Shown here piece after piece: positions 35,055 through 44,393 of a stretch of 64,000 nt of DNA. This stretch comes from Eubacteriales bacterium (GTDB taxonomy: Bacteria; Bacillota; Clostridia; Oscillospirales; CAG-272): contig JAZSEC010000024.1 in assembly GCA_045531485.1 (NCBI GenBank), positions 3,666 to 67,665 on the forward strand, read 5' to 3'. The translations under genes were made by a program, and so were the position numbers. Below the pieces are notes generated by a model. That model saw only the letters and a program-made list of their open reading frames with translations. It searched no databases and had not been told where the DNA came from. How positions within the stretch are numbered: the first letter of the stretch is position 1; each line of letters begins with the position of its first letter.

Positions 35055-36041
35055 ATGGATTCTTTGATTTTTGCATTCAATTCGGTGTCACCGATCATAT
35101 TTACCGTGGCGGTTGGATACCTGTTAAAAAGGATCGGACTTATGACGCCCGATTTCTCAAAAAAGGCCAACAAGCTGGTATTCAGAGTGTTTTTACCCGT
35201 TATGCTCTTTCTTAACGTTTACGGCATTGAGAGCGTGTCGCTGGTAAGCCCGGGATACGTTTTATACTCGGTTATTGCCCTGCTTATCATCTTTGCCCTT
35301 GCAATACCCACGGTAATTCTGCTCAGTAAGAAAAGAGAGTGCCGCGGTGCTTTGCTCCAAGGTGTGTTCCGTTCAAACTACGCTCTCATCGGCATCCCTC
35401 TCGCCTCCTCGCTGTTTCCCGGTGAGGGTGCTGCGGTTGCCACGCTTCTGTCGGCGTTTATGGTTCCCGCCTTCAATATTCTGGCGGTAATCGGTCTTTC
35501 GATCTTTAATAATGAAGGAAAAAAGCCGGATTTCAAGAAGGTTCTACTTGGAATAGTGAAAAATCCTCTTATTATCGGTATTGTGTCAGGACTCGTTGCT
35601 CTGCTTATCCGCGAGGGCTTAGTTGCTATGGAGGTTTCCTTCAGGATTTCACAATTCCCTGCGATATGGAACACAATGAAGAATCTCTCCTCTATCGCAA
35701 CTCCCCTTGCCCTTCTGGTTCTGGGTGCTCAGTTTGAATTCTCTGCTATTCCCCATCTTAAGCGTGAGATTATTTCGGGAGTTATTCTCAGAAGCGTTAT
35801 CGTACCTCTGTTGGGTATCGGAATAGCCTTCCTCGCCTTCAGAAACGAATTCAGCGGTGCGGAATTTGCAGCATTGGTTGCCGTTTTCTGTACACCGGTA
35901 GCCGTTTCCAGCGTTCCTATGGCACAGGAGATGGGTGCCGACGCCGAGCTTGCAGGTCAGCTTGTGGTATTCACGACCGTCAGCTCCGCCTTCACTGTAT
36001 TTTTAGCCTCCTTCCTGCTCAGGCTGGCGGGCATCTTCTAA
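35055..36041 (+). CDS. AEC (auxin efflux carrier) family membrane transporter
   Basis: A 328-aa polytopic protein. The N-terminus SVSPIIFTVAVGYLLKRIGLM...KLVFRVFLPVMLF is typical of the AEC / membrane transport protein family. Confidence 0.8.
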   Translation: MDSLIFAFNSVSPIIFTVAVGYLLKRIGLMTPDFSKKANKLVFRVFLPVMLFLNVYGIESVSLVSPGYVLYSVIALLIIFALAIPTVILLSKKRECRGALLQGVFRSNYALIGIPLASSLFPGEGAAVATLLSAFMVPAFNILAVIGLSIFNNEGKKPDFKKVLLGIVKNPLIIGIVSGLVALLIREGLVAMEVSFRISQFPAIWNTMKNLSSIATPLALLVLGAQFEFSAIPHLKREIISGVILRSVIVPLLGIGIAFLAFRNEFSGAEFAALVAVFCTPVAVSSVPMAQEMGADAELAGQLVVFTTVSSAFTVFLASFLLRLAGIF

Positions 36042-36045
36042 GATT

Positions 36046-36076
36046 AAAAACGATCGGGTCATCCCGGTCGTTTTTT
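36046..36076 (+). terminator. Rho-independent terminator after the AEC transporter gene
   Basis: aaaaacgatcggg-tcat-cccggtcg-tttttt. Confidence 0.8.
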
Positions 36077-36337
36077 GTTTTTTGCTTACATATTATATTT
36101 ATATCCTAATAGCCCGCGTTCTTTGTACGACACGGCTTTGCCGTTAAAAGAACCCCTTGGTAATTATGCACAAAAACCTTTTGTTTTTTTGTATGTCAAA
36201 GGTCAATTTTTACTTAAAAATATCAAAAATTTCAAGAAGAAAAATAATGTCCGTCAAAAAAATTAAGGCGAGTATTTTAGGCGTGATGTAAAATAGGTAA
36301 AAATTAAAATAGAAAAAATGGCCTTTTTAAAGATAAG

Positions 36338-36946
36338 ATGAACAATATTACATTCAAGCAATATCGAAATATTGACCTTTTTCTGTTCGGTGTAATGCTT
36401 GCGATATCCGAGGCGGTAACCACCGTTGCCACCAACAAATGGTTCTTCGCACAGCCAATTGCCATATCCACCACCTTTATCTTTATATGCATTGTAATGA
36501 TGCGGTGGAGCGGATTTGCGGCAATACACGCCTGCCTTGGCGGATTGGTTTTCTGCATTGCATCAGGAGCAGAGCTGCATCAATACATTATTTATATAAT
36601 AGGTAACTGTCTTGCCCTTGTGGCAATGCTGTGGTTTAAGCCTATCCCGAAGGAGAACATCCGACGTAAGCCATCAAGGCTGATACTCTTCACCGTCAGT
36701 GCCTATCTGCTTATGCAGGTCGGCAGATGGCTGGTTTCACTGGCCTTTGGCGGAGATCTTACGGCACTGCTGGTATACATTACCACCGACGTTATCACAC
36801 TGCTGTTTGCGGTAGTGATCATGCTGCTTATGAGAAACGTTGACGGTATGATAGAGGATCAGAAGTCATATCTTTTCCGCCTTCAGCGAGAGAAGGAGGA
36901 AAGCTCCCGTCCCGTTCCCGCCGTAGATTACGGCGAGGAAGAATAA
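36338..36946 (+). CDS. Hypothetical polytopic membrane protein (5-6 TM, acidic C-terminal tail)
   Basis: 202-aa ORF with sense-like codon usage and a weak RBS. Hydrophobic segments throughout; a loose resemblance to ECF S-components only. Confidence 0.5.
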   Translation: MNNITFKQYRNIDLFLFGVMLAISEAVTTVATNKWFFAQPIAISTTFIFICIVMMRWSGFAAIHACLGGLVFCIASGAELHQYIIYIIGNCLALVAMLWFKPIPKENIRRKPSRLILFTVSAYLLMQVGRWLVSLAFGGDLTALLVYITTDVITLLFAVVIMLLMRNVDGMIEDQKSYLFRLQREKEESSRPVPAVDYGEEE

Positions 36947-36985
36947 AAACCAAATCTGAATGATTAACAACGGAGGAATTCGTTT

Positions 36986-38047
36986 ATGAAAAAAATTGCA
37001 TCTGATTACCTTGTTTACGACGAGACCAAAGGTAAGTATTGTGAGGACCCTGAGCAGGCGGTCAGAGATGACGTTGAAAAGCATCACTGGCTGAACGTTG
37101 CCAGAACGGTGCTGAAGGATTGGCGTCTGTATCTGATGCTTGTTCCCATGCTTCTGGTATTCCTGTTCTGGAGATACTTCCCCATGTACGAGCTTCTCGG
37201 AGCATTCAAGGTTAACGACCGTACCCTTGACGTAGCAGACCAGCTGTACGCCGGCTTTGCCCACTTCCAGGAGCTGTTCTCCGGAGTTGGCTCTAAGTCC
37301 CTCGATTTCTGGAGAGCGTTCAGAAACACCTTCCTTCTCTCCTTCTACGGACTTTGCTTCGGCTTCCCGATGCCTATCATCATCGCCCTGTTCTTCAACG
37401 AGATCAAGTCGAACGTTGCACGAAGCATCTATCAGGTTGCTACATATCTTCCCAAGTTCATGTCTACGGTTGTTATGACCTCTCTTATCACGATGCTGGT
37501 AAGAAGAGCATCTCCCCTTATCGGTATGGAGATGGGTGTTATTTCTCAGCTGCTGGTTTCGATAGGAGCTATCACCCCTGAGGTTGGTAGTGCCGGTCTT
37601 CTGTATCAGCCTGAGTTCTTCCGTGCGATCTATCAGATAAGCGGTATATGGGAAACGGCAGGCTACGACTCGATCGTATTCTTCGCCGCGGTAATCGCGA
37701 TCTCGCCTACAAGCTATGAGGCGGCACAGATCGACGGTGCAGGCAAGATGGCACAGATGAGATACGTTGTTCTCCCCTCCATTCTTTCCACCATCGTTAT
37801 CATGCTTATCACCCGTATCGGCTCGCTTCTTAACGTTGGATACGAGAAGGTTCTTCTTCTCTCCAGAGAAGAGGTGTACGTAACCGCAGAGGTTGTTTCC
37901 ACCTACGCTCAGAGATACGGTATTGAGTCCACCAAGGGTGTAAGCATTGCATCGGCGGCGGAGATGCTTAATAACGTTGTTGGTATGCTTCTGGTTATCG
38001 GTGCAAACACCATAGCACGTAAGGCATCCGACGTTTCACTTTACTAA
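36986..38047 (+). CDS. Sugar ABC transporter permease, LplB-like (long N-terminal type)
   Basis: RBS GGAGG. KDWRLYLMLVPMLLVFLFWRYFPMY... plus an EAA-like region (YEAAQIDGAGKMAQMRYVVLP). Confidence 0.85.
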   Translation: MKKIASDYLVYDETKGKYCEDPEQAVRDDVEKHHWLNVARTVLKDWRLYLMLVPMLLVFLFWRYFPMYELLGAFKVNDRTLDVADQLYAGFAHFQELFSGVGSKSLDFWRAFRNTFLLSFYGLCFGFPMPIIIALFFNEIKSNVARSIYQVATYLPKFMSTVVMTSLITMLVRRASPLIGMEMGVISQLLVSIGAITPEVGSAGLLYQPEFFRAIYQISGIWETAGYDSIVFFAAVIAISPTSYEAAQIDGAGKMAQMRYVVLPSILSTIVIMLITRIGSLLNVGYEKVLLLSREEVYVTAEVVSTYAQRYGIESTKGVSIASAAEMLNNVVGMLLVIGANTIARKASDVSLY

Positions 38048-38070
38048 TTAAGAAAGGTTTGGACTAAGGC

Positions 38071-38964
38071 ATGAAAAGAAAATTAGAAATATCCGAACTT
38101 ATCTTTAAGATACTCAGCTATCTCTTCCTTACAGTGTTCGCTATCTGCTGTATCTACCCCTTCCTGTATGCTATATCGGCTGCAATAAGTGGCAGAGAGG
38201 CAGTTGAGTACGGTAGGATCATTCTCTTCCCCAAGGACGTTCAGTTCGGTGCGTTCAAGTTCATGTTCTCCAATAACATGTTCTGGAACTCCTACACCAA
38301 CACCCTGTTCGTTACCTTCTACGGTACACTCTGGGCTATGTTCGTTGCGATCCTCGGTGCTTACGCTCTTTCCAAGAAAAGACTGCTCTTCCGTAAGGGC
38401 TTTAACTTCTTCCTCGTATTCACCATGTGGTTCTCCGCAGGTGTCGTTCCTCAGTATCTGAATTACCTTGATACTCAGAAGGTATTTAAGGATTTCCTGG
38501 GAATTGCCGATGACAAGTGGCTTATCGTTATTGCCATGGGTATGGCGGCGATGAATATTATCCTTCTCCGTAACGCCTTCGAGGGTGTTCCCGCCGAGAT
38601 CGAGGAGGCCGCAATCGTTGACGGTGCTACCGAGCTTCAGGTTCTTACTCAGGTTTATCTTCCTATGAGTAAATCCACTCTTGCAACCGTTGCACTCTTC
38701 TTCGCTATCTCCCGTTGGAACGGTTACTACTGGGCACGTCAGATGATCCAGAACGAGAACGAGCATCCCCTTCAGGTATTTATCAAGATCCAGCTCGATA
38801 AGGTGCAGGAGTTTAACATGGACGGTGGTTGGAACAAGGCGTACGCTGCCGACTCTGAGATCTACGCACTTATCGTTTGCTCCATCATTCCCATCCTTGT
38901 TATTTACCCCTTCATTCAGAAGTACTTTGCTAAGGGTGTAAATATGGGTGGCGTTAAGGAATAA
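38071..38964 (+). CDS. Sugar ABC transporter permease, LplC-like
   Basis: 6-TM layout. EAA loop EIEEAAIVDGATELQVLTQVYLPMS; C-terminus FAKGVNMGGVKE. Confidence 0.85.
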   Translation: MKRKLEISELIFKILSYLFLTVFAICCIYPFLYAISAAISGREAVEYGRIILFPKDVQFGAFKFMFSNNMFWNSYTNTLFVTFYGTLWAMFVAILGAYALSKKRLLFRKGFNFFLVFTMWFSAGVVPQYLNYLDTQKVFKDFLGIADDKWLIVIAMGMAAMNIILLRNAFEGVPAEIEEAAIVDGATELQVLTQVYLPMSKSTLATVALFFAISRWNGYYWARQMIQNENEHPLQVFIKIQLDKVQEFNMDGGWNKAYAADSEIYALIVCSIIPILVIYPFIQKYFAKGVNMGGVKE

Positions 38965-39050
38965 TATACTATTCTACTTATTACTTTATTTAAGATTATT
39001 ATGCACTGGTCGTGCTGATAATAAAAATTTTTATTAGGAGGAATCCAAAA

Positions 39051-41363
39051 ATGACCAAAACTAGAATCATCGCGTTACTCCTTGTTCTTGTTATGACAAT
39101 GAGCTTCGCACTCACCAGCTGTGGTCTCTTCACTCCCGACGTTCCCGATGAAGGCGGAAATGGCGACGGCGGCGAAAATGAAAAGCCCGACGACGGTGAA
39201 AATGAAAAGCCCGACGACGGCGAAAATGAAAAGCCCGATGACGGCGAAGACGAAAAGCCTGAGGAAGACCTCACCTTTAAGCTTCCCTATGCTGAAGGCA
39301 CTACCCTTCGTATGGCTGCTGGTTACCAGAAGTCCAACACTAAGATCACCTTTGACGCTGATACCGTAGCTTCCTACGGCGAGGACGGTATTATCACCCT
39401 TGCTGACGGCAAGAGCTACCGTGCAGGCGACCTCAAGCCCACCTGGGTAGAGGTTCAGAACGTTCTCAAGGTTAACTTCGAGGATAAGTTCACCGGTGCA
39501 GGCAGTGCAGAGAAGGAATTCAACGTTTGGAAGGAAAAGCTCAATGAGGTTGATATGGTTTCCGGTTCCGCTTCCGTTCTTACCGAGGCAGGTACTGCAG
39601 GCGACCTTGTTAACATCGCTGACTACCTTGACGACATGCCTAACTTCAAGAAGTATCTTGAACAGAACCCCATCGTTCGTCTTTCCATCTCCAGCCCTGA
39701 TGAGAACGGCGAGCTTGGTGCAATCTACTTCTCTCCCTACTTCGACGGCGTTAACGACATCGAGCGTATGCCTCTTATGAGAGTTGACTGGGTTGCTAAG
39801 CTTCTTGACGGCGAGGGCGACTTCACCGCAGATAAGTCTCACAACCTTGCAGCAGCAGTTTACACTCCCTACATGCCTACCTCCGGTAAGGTATCCGTAG
39901 ACGTTGTTAAGCTTGATGCTACCGGCACTGAGACCGTTACTAAGGATTACGACGCAGCAGGCAACATCATCGACGTTATGAACAAAGCTCTTGCAAAGGG
40001 CAACGTTTCCGGCGTTGAGGCTGTTAACATGCTTCGTGACTACATCGACGTAGCATACGGCGGTTACTACGGCACCACTCGTTCCAACCTCTTCGTAGGT
40101 CAGAACGCTGCTTGGGACGCAGACGAGCTTGTAGCTCTTCTTCGTTGCGTAGTTGCTAACCCCTGGACTCTTAACGGCACTGATAACGTTGAGGGTCTCT
40201 TCTCCAGAGAAGATAACAACAACCAGAGAAGAGTTGACGTATTCCGCTTCACCGGTACCCTCTTCGGCGTACGTGGTCTTGAGTCCAGACAGGATTACCT
40301 CTACGTAGGTTCTGACGGTCTCCTTCACGACGCTCGTCAGGAAGAGAGCACTTACGTTGCACTCGAGAGAGTTAACGCAATGGTACAGGAAGGCCTTGTT
40401 TCCTCTTCCTTCGTAAACGGTGAGGAAACCAACACTGCCAAGATGCTTCAGAACGACCTTGGCTTCATGCACTACGACTACAACCAGACCCAGACCATTA
40501 ACAACGAAACCGTTCTTAACAAGGATGCTGATGGCAACCCTGTTGATCTCGGCGAGAAGTACATGGCAGTTATGATCCCCGTTGCTCGTTGGTTCGACGG
40601 TACCAATGCTAACGGCGTATACATGAGATTTACTGAGTCCTGGAGATCTGTTAAGACCGACGGTTGGGCAATCTCCAAGGCAGGTGTAGGCAACGATACC
40701 AACAAGCTCCACGCAGCTCTTGCTCTTATCGACTACGCTTACTCCGAGAAGGGTCAGATCCTTATGTCCTACGGTCCTGATGCTTTCATTAAGACCAATG
40801 CAGACGGTTCTTACGTAACCTTCGACTTCAACGGCAAGCAGATGCCCGTTATCGCAGACGCTACTTACACCGAGCTCTGGGATAAGGCAGGCGGTAACTA
40901 CACCAACTACGCTCGTTACTTCCTTGGTTCTACTCTTTCCTTCGTAAAGAGCCAGGCCTTCGAGTATCAGTGCACTCACGAGGTTGGTAAGGAAGGTGCA
41001 GGTAACATTTCCAACGCTATTAAGTACGGAACTATCAAGCACCCCGAGCTTGCAATCACTGATAACCCCTGGTACTCCATCGTTCCCACTACTCTTCCCA
41101 CTACTCAGGAAGCGAACGATGCTATCGCAGGTCTCACCGAGCTTTCCTCTAACGGTAAGTTCTCTCAGTCCAAGGGCAAGACTAACCTCCTCCTTGACAT
41201 TATCGTTGGCGGTTACAAGGGTGAAGGCATCGACTCCCGTGACGCTCTCCTTAACACTGTTTCCGCTAAGGCAAGTGAAGGCGGCTGGGGCGGTTCCATC
41301 TACCTCCTCTACAAGCAGGAAGCATACGATGCTCTTCTTGAGTACTATGCAAGCATCAGATAA
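39051..41363 (+). CDS. Large (approximately 770 aa) extracellular solute-binding lipoprotein, LplA-like
   Basis: RBS AGGAGG before ATG 39051; lipobox LTSC, then a GENEKPDD x4 linker. Its position after the two permeases and its size fit the LplA-type oligosaccharide-binding proteins of Firmicutes. Confidence 0.8.
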   Translation: MTKTRIIALLLVLVMTMSFALTSCGLFTPDVPDEGGNGDGGENEKPDDGENEKPDDGENEKPDDGEDEKPEEDLTFKLPYAEGTTLRMAAGYQKSNTKITFDADTVASYGEDGIITLADGKSYRAGDLKPTWVEVQNVLKVNFEDKFTGAGSAEKEFNVWKEKLNEVDMVSGSASVLTEAGTAGDLVNIADYLDDMPNFKKYLEQNPIVRLSISSPDENGELGAIYFSPYFDGVNDIERMPLMRVDWVAKLLDGEGDFTADKSHNLAAAVYTPYMPTSGKVSVDVVKLDATGTETVTKDYDAAGNIIDVMNKALAKGNVSGVEAVNMLRDYIDVAYGGYYGTTRSNLFVGQNAAWDADELVALLRCVVANPWTLNGTDNVEGLFSREDNNNQRRVDVFRFTGTLFGVRGLESRQDYLYVGSDGLLHDARQEESTYVALERVNAMVQEGLVSSSFVNGEETNTAKMLQNDLGFMHYDYNQTQTINNETVLNKDADGNPVDLGEKYMAVMIPVARWFDGTNANGVYMRFTESWRSVKTDGWAISKAGVGNDTNKLHAALALIDYAYSEKGQILMSYGPDAFIKTNADGSYVTFDFNGKQMPVIADATYTELWDKAGGNYTNYARYFLGSTLSFVKSQAFEYQCTHEVGKEGAGNISNAIKYGTIKHPELAITDNPWYSIVPTTLPTTQEANDAIAGLTELSSNGKFSQSKGKTNLLLDIIVGGYKGEGIDSRDALLNTVSAKASEGGWGGSIYLLYKQEAYDALLEYYASIR
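39171..39260 (+). repeat. 24-bp coding repeat x3.75 (GENEKPDD)
   Basis: ggcgaaaatgaaaagcccgacgac units with synonymous differences only, except in the last unit. Confidence 0.9.
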
Positions 41364-41400
41364 TTTAAGTTTTTAACTTAATTACATAGCAAAAACCTAA

Positions 41401-41430
41401 ACGGCAGGGGAGCCTAGCTCCCCTCGCCGT
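41401..41430. other. GC-rich hairpin after the large SBP gene (possible mRNA stabiliser / partial terminator)
   Basis: acggcaggggagc-cta-gctcccctcgccgt. There is no T-run on the + side; an A-run upstream corresponds to a T-run on the minus side. Confidence 0.5.
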
Positions 41431-41553
41431 AACAAAAAGCAATACCCTATTCCTCTATTTTCAGTCAATTCTATTTTAAAAAGCAATTTCTGCCTGTTGC
41501 CGGCATTCAGGGCAACGAAAATCACTGCCTAAATGGCAGAACGGAGACAGACT

Positions 41554-42135
41554 ATGTACAGAAAGCAAATGATTCTCCAGCGTATAACAAGCTTCCTTCT
41601 TCTGGCGGCAGCCGTGCTTGTTTTCGTTTATTCTCTCGGCATTATGACCGACCTTTATAATGGATTATATGAGATTTCCAGCTTTAAGGAATCCAACCGA
41701 AACTACGTTGAGGGTGCATCCATCTACCGTGAGATCCAGCCCTTTAACCAAAATCTTACCACAGCGGGAATAATCCTTATTCTCTCCGCTGTATCTCTCT
41801 TCCTGTTCAGAGCACACGACAGGAGAAAATATTACATAGGCAACTACATTACGATTGGTTTGAACGCCGTTCTGAACGTTGGTGTTTCAGTCTGGGCACT
41901 TATCAACGTATTTGCATATAAAGCACAGTTCCTTAAGATCGACTTTGAAAAGCTGAAGCAGGTTGCATACGACCGTGATATCTACTATACCGAATCTACC
42001 TTCTGGTTTGATATCAGCCTGGCTGTATTTATTCCCCTGATGGTAATAACCGTTCTCAGCATTGTCAACCTCGTATTTAAGGTATGGCTCATGAAGTCTG
42101 AACGTAAGCTTTTAGAAGAAGGAAAGGAGGCGTAA
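41554..42135 (+). CDS. Hypothetical 4-TM membrane protein (member 1 of a local family)
   Basis: ORF inside the + strand operon; GGAG 8 nt before ATG 41554 (track start 41533 is also possible). Predicted topology by eye is TM-loop-TM-TM-loop-TM with a short basic TM2-TM3 turn (FRAHDRRKYY). Confidence 0.6.
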   Translation: MYRKQMILQRITSFLLLAAAVLVFVYSLGIMTDLYNGLYEISSFKESNRNYVEGASIYREIQPFNQNLTTAGIILILSAVSLFLFRAHDRRKYYIGNYITIGLNAVLNVGVSVWALINVFAYKAQFLKIDFEKLKQVAYDRDIYYTESTFWFDISLAVFIPLMVITVLSIVNLVFKVWLMKSERKLLEEGKEA

Positions 42136-42139
42136 GACT

Positions 42140-42643
42140 ATGGCTAAAGACGTAAATCTTACAAAGGACGTATCCGTAATCAAAAAGGACAGAATGCGTT
42201 TCACAAAGAACACCCTGTCCAGCACGCTTTGCTACGTTGCGATTCTCTTTAACGTTCTTTATTTCGCCAATATTTATTCCACCGACGTGGGTAGCTATTA
42301 CTACACCATTAAAATCGGTGCATCGGTTATTTATAACCTTCTCTTCCTGCTCTTTACCTTCCTCTGCTCTGAGGGTGTAAAAAACTACAGCAAGGGATAC
42401 TCTATCTTCCTCCTTATTATAGGAGCTATGCAGATAGTTCGTATATTTGATATTCCTATGACTGCTCACAATACCGTTATTTCTCTTAACAAGGTTGAGG
42501 TTGCGGTAATGGACGACAAGCAGTTCATTCTTCTCGTAGTTTATCTTGTAGTTTCCGCGGCATGCTGCATCGCAGCCGGAATCGTAGGTCTTATCAGAAC
42601 CTTAACGCTTGAGAAATACAAGGCAGAGACCGGCTTAAGCTAA
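42140..42643 (+). CDS. Hypothetical 4-TM membrane protein (member 2)
   Basis: Strong RBS AAGGAGG; starts 4 nt after the previous stop. Same TM-loop-TM-TM-loop-TM layout, with turn SEGVKNYSKGY. Confidence 0.6.
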   Translation: MAKDVNLTKDVSVIKKDRMRFTKNTLSSTLCYVAILFNVLYFANIYSTDVGSYYYTIKIGASVIYNLLFLLFTFLCSEGVKNYSKGYSIFLLIIGAMQIVRIFDIPMTAHNTVISLNKVEVAVMDDKQFILLVVYLVVSAACCIAAGIVGLIRTLTLEKYKAETGLS

Positions 42644-42693
42644 GCCGTGGTTATTGGTTCAAAGCTATAAAGTCTAAAGGAAAGGCATAAGAT

Positions 42694-43755
42694 ATGGCTT
42701 CTTTAAGTTTACAAAATCTGAATAAAATATATGATAATAACGTTCAGGCGGTTTTCGACTTTAATCTGGACGTTAAGGACGGCGAGCTTATCGTTCTCGT
42801 AGGTCCCTCGGGATGCGGTAAATCCACCACCCTTCGTATGGTAGCAGGACTTGAGGATATTTCCTCCGGTACTCTTATCATCGACGGCAAGGACGTGACC
42901 CAGGTTCCCCCCAAGGACAGAGATATCGCGATGGTATTCCAGAACTACGCACTCTACGCTCACATGACCGTGTATGAGAACATGGCATTCTCTCTCAATC
43001 TTCTTCACGAGGATCCCAACGTTATTCACGAAAAGGTTATGGCGGCGGCAGAGATTCTCGGCCTCACCGATCAGCTTAATAAAAAGCCCAAGCAGCTCTC
43101 CGGCGGTCAGCGTCAGCGTGTTGCCATGGGACGTGCAATAGTTCGTACACCTAAGGTATTCCTCTTTGACGAGCCCCTCTCTAACCTTGATGCAAAGCTC
43201 CGCGGTGCTACAAGACGAGAGATACTTCTCCTTCATAAAAGACTTGGTGCGACCATGCTCTACGTTACCCACGATCAGACCGAGGCTCTGACTCTGGCAG
43301 ACAGAATCGTATGTATGTCCATGGGCTACGTTCAGCAGGTTGGTACTCCCCTTGAGCTTTACGATACTCCTGCCAACGTTTTCGTTGCAAGCTTTATCGG
43401 TCTTCCTCCCATGAACTTCTTCAACGCGACGGTATCCGGCAGCAGCCTTCTTATTGACGGCGACATCAGGATCCCCCTCAGCGACGAGGAGACCGCACGT
43501 CTTGCACGCTATGACGGTATGGAAATTACTCTCGGAGTAAGACCCGAGAACGTTGTTAAGGGTGACGCGGCGACCATTAAGGTCAACAACTGCGAGAACC
43601 TTGGTCAGACAACCCTCATCCACGGTCACTTAAACGGTCACAAGATAACCGCTAAGTTCCGTGAGTGGTGCAGCTACGGTTACGGTGAAACGGTTTCAAT
43701 ATCCTTTGACCGTATGCACTTCTTCGACAAGACGACCACCCAGGCTATCAGATAA
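42694..43755 (+). CDS. MsmK/MsmX/UgpC-type sugar ABC transporter ATP-binding protein
   Basis: GPSGCGKSTTLRM, LSGGQRQRVAMGRA, FLFDEPLSNLDA, VTHDQTEA and a C-terminal TOBE-like regulatory domain. 353 aa. Confidence 0.9.
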   Translation: MASLSLQNLNKIYDNNVQAVFDFNLDVKDGELIVLVGPSGCGKSTTLRMVAGLEDISSGTLIIDGKDVTQVPPKDRDIAMVFQNYALYAHMTVYENMAFSLNLLHEDPNVIHEKVMAAAEILGLTDQLNKKPKQLSGGQRQRVAMGRAIVRTPKVFLFDEPLSNLDAKLRGATRREILLLHKRLGATMLYVTHDQTEALTLADRIVCMSMGYVQQVGTPLELYDTPANVFVASFIGLPPMNFFNATVSGSSLLIDGDIRIPLSDEETARLARYDGMEITLGVRPENVVKGDAATIKVNNCENLGQTTLIHGHLNGHKITAKFREWCSYGYGETVSISFDRMHFFDKTTTQAIR

Positions 43756-43799
43756 CCTTTAACTTCCATACGGGATTAAATCGATAAGGAATTAATGAT

Positions 43800-44384
43800 A
43801 TGAAAGAAAAAAAATCTAAAAGTATATTCTCCGGACTCGGTGCATGGTTTAAGGAAAGAGTGCGTAGATTCTTCGTTGCTTTAAAGAAGAACCCTCAGGC
43901 AATTCCCCTTATCGCTCTGTGTATCACCTTCCTCGAATATTCGCTTAACCTGACCAACATTTCTAACACCACCGCGAAGATACAAGGCTCGAACATGGGT
44001 CTGTGTGCATTTGCTACTATGCTGTTTTTGATACTGTCATTCGTATGCATGCTCAACGCATTCCCCAAGCGTAAAAAGCCCAACATTGCTATGATGATCC
44101 TTATGATCGTCCTTTACGGTGTAGTCATCTTCGCCAACGTTACATATCTTCAGTGCATTAACGAGGCTCTCAGCACCTCGGGCAGCACCATCGACAGCGT
44201 TGCTAAGGTATATATTTACAGTGCCTACAGCACCGTTTCGGTTAATATTGTTCTTGTTATCGTTACTATCGTCTGCGTTATTCTTGAGCCCCTCTTCGCG
44301 AAGCTCTTCAAGAAGATCAACACCTCCATTGAAATCGAGGGTAGCGGTAATATCGAAAGCATTGATATCACTGACGAGGATTAA
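43800..44384 (+). CDS. Hypothetical 4-TM membrane protein (member 3)
   Basis: RBS AAGGA. Same 4-TM layout, with basic turn NAFPKRKKPN and an acidic C-terminal tail. Confidence 0.6.
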   Translation: MKEKKSKSIFSGLGAWFKERVRRFFVALKKNPQAIPLIALCITFLEYSLNLTNISNTTAKIQGSNMGLCAFATMLFLILSFVCMLNAFPKRKKPNIAMMILMIVLYGVVIFANVTYLQCINEALSTSGSTIDSVAKVYIYSAYSTVSVNIVLVIVTIVCVILEPLFAKLFKKINTSIEIEGSGNIESIDITDED

Positions 44385-44393
44385 TTATTCGCA

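Noticed and set aside
36075-36558. Small ORFs 36075-36266 (+), 36263-36529 (-) and 36304-36558 (-).
   Set aside because: They have no RBS and odd composition. They overlap the terminator and promoter spacer or the 5' end of the better-supported 36338-36946 membrane-protein gene.
39171-39260. Short direct repeats here, and at 7397-8026, 14745-14786 and 22280-22417, as possible CRISPR or VNTR non-coding arrays.
   Set aside because: The units are contiguous with no spacers, are multiples of 3 bp, and lie in frame inside lipoprotein genes. No cas genes are present.
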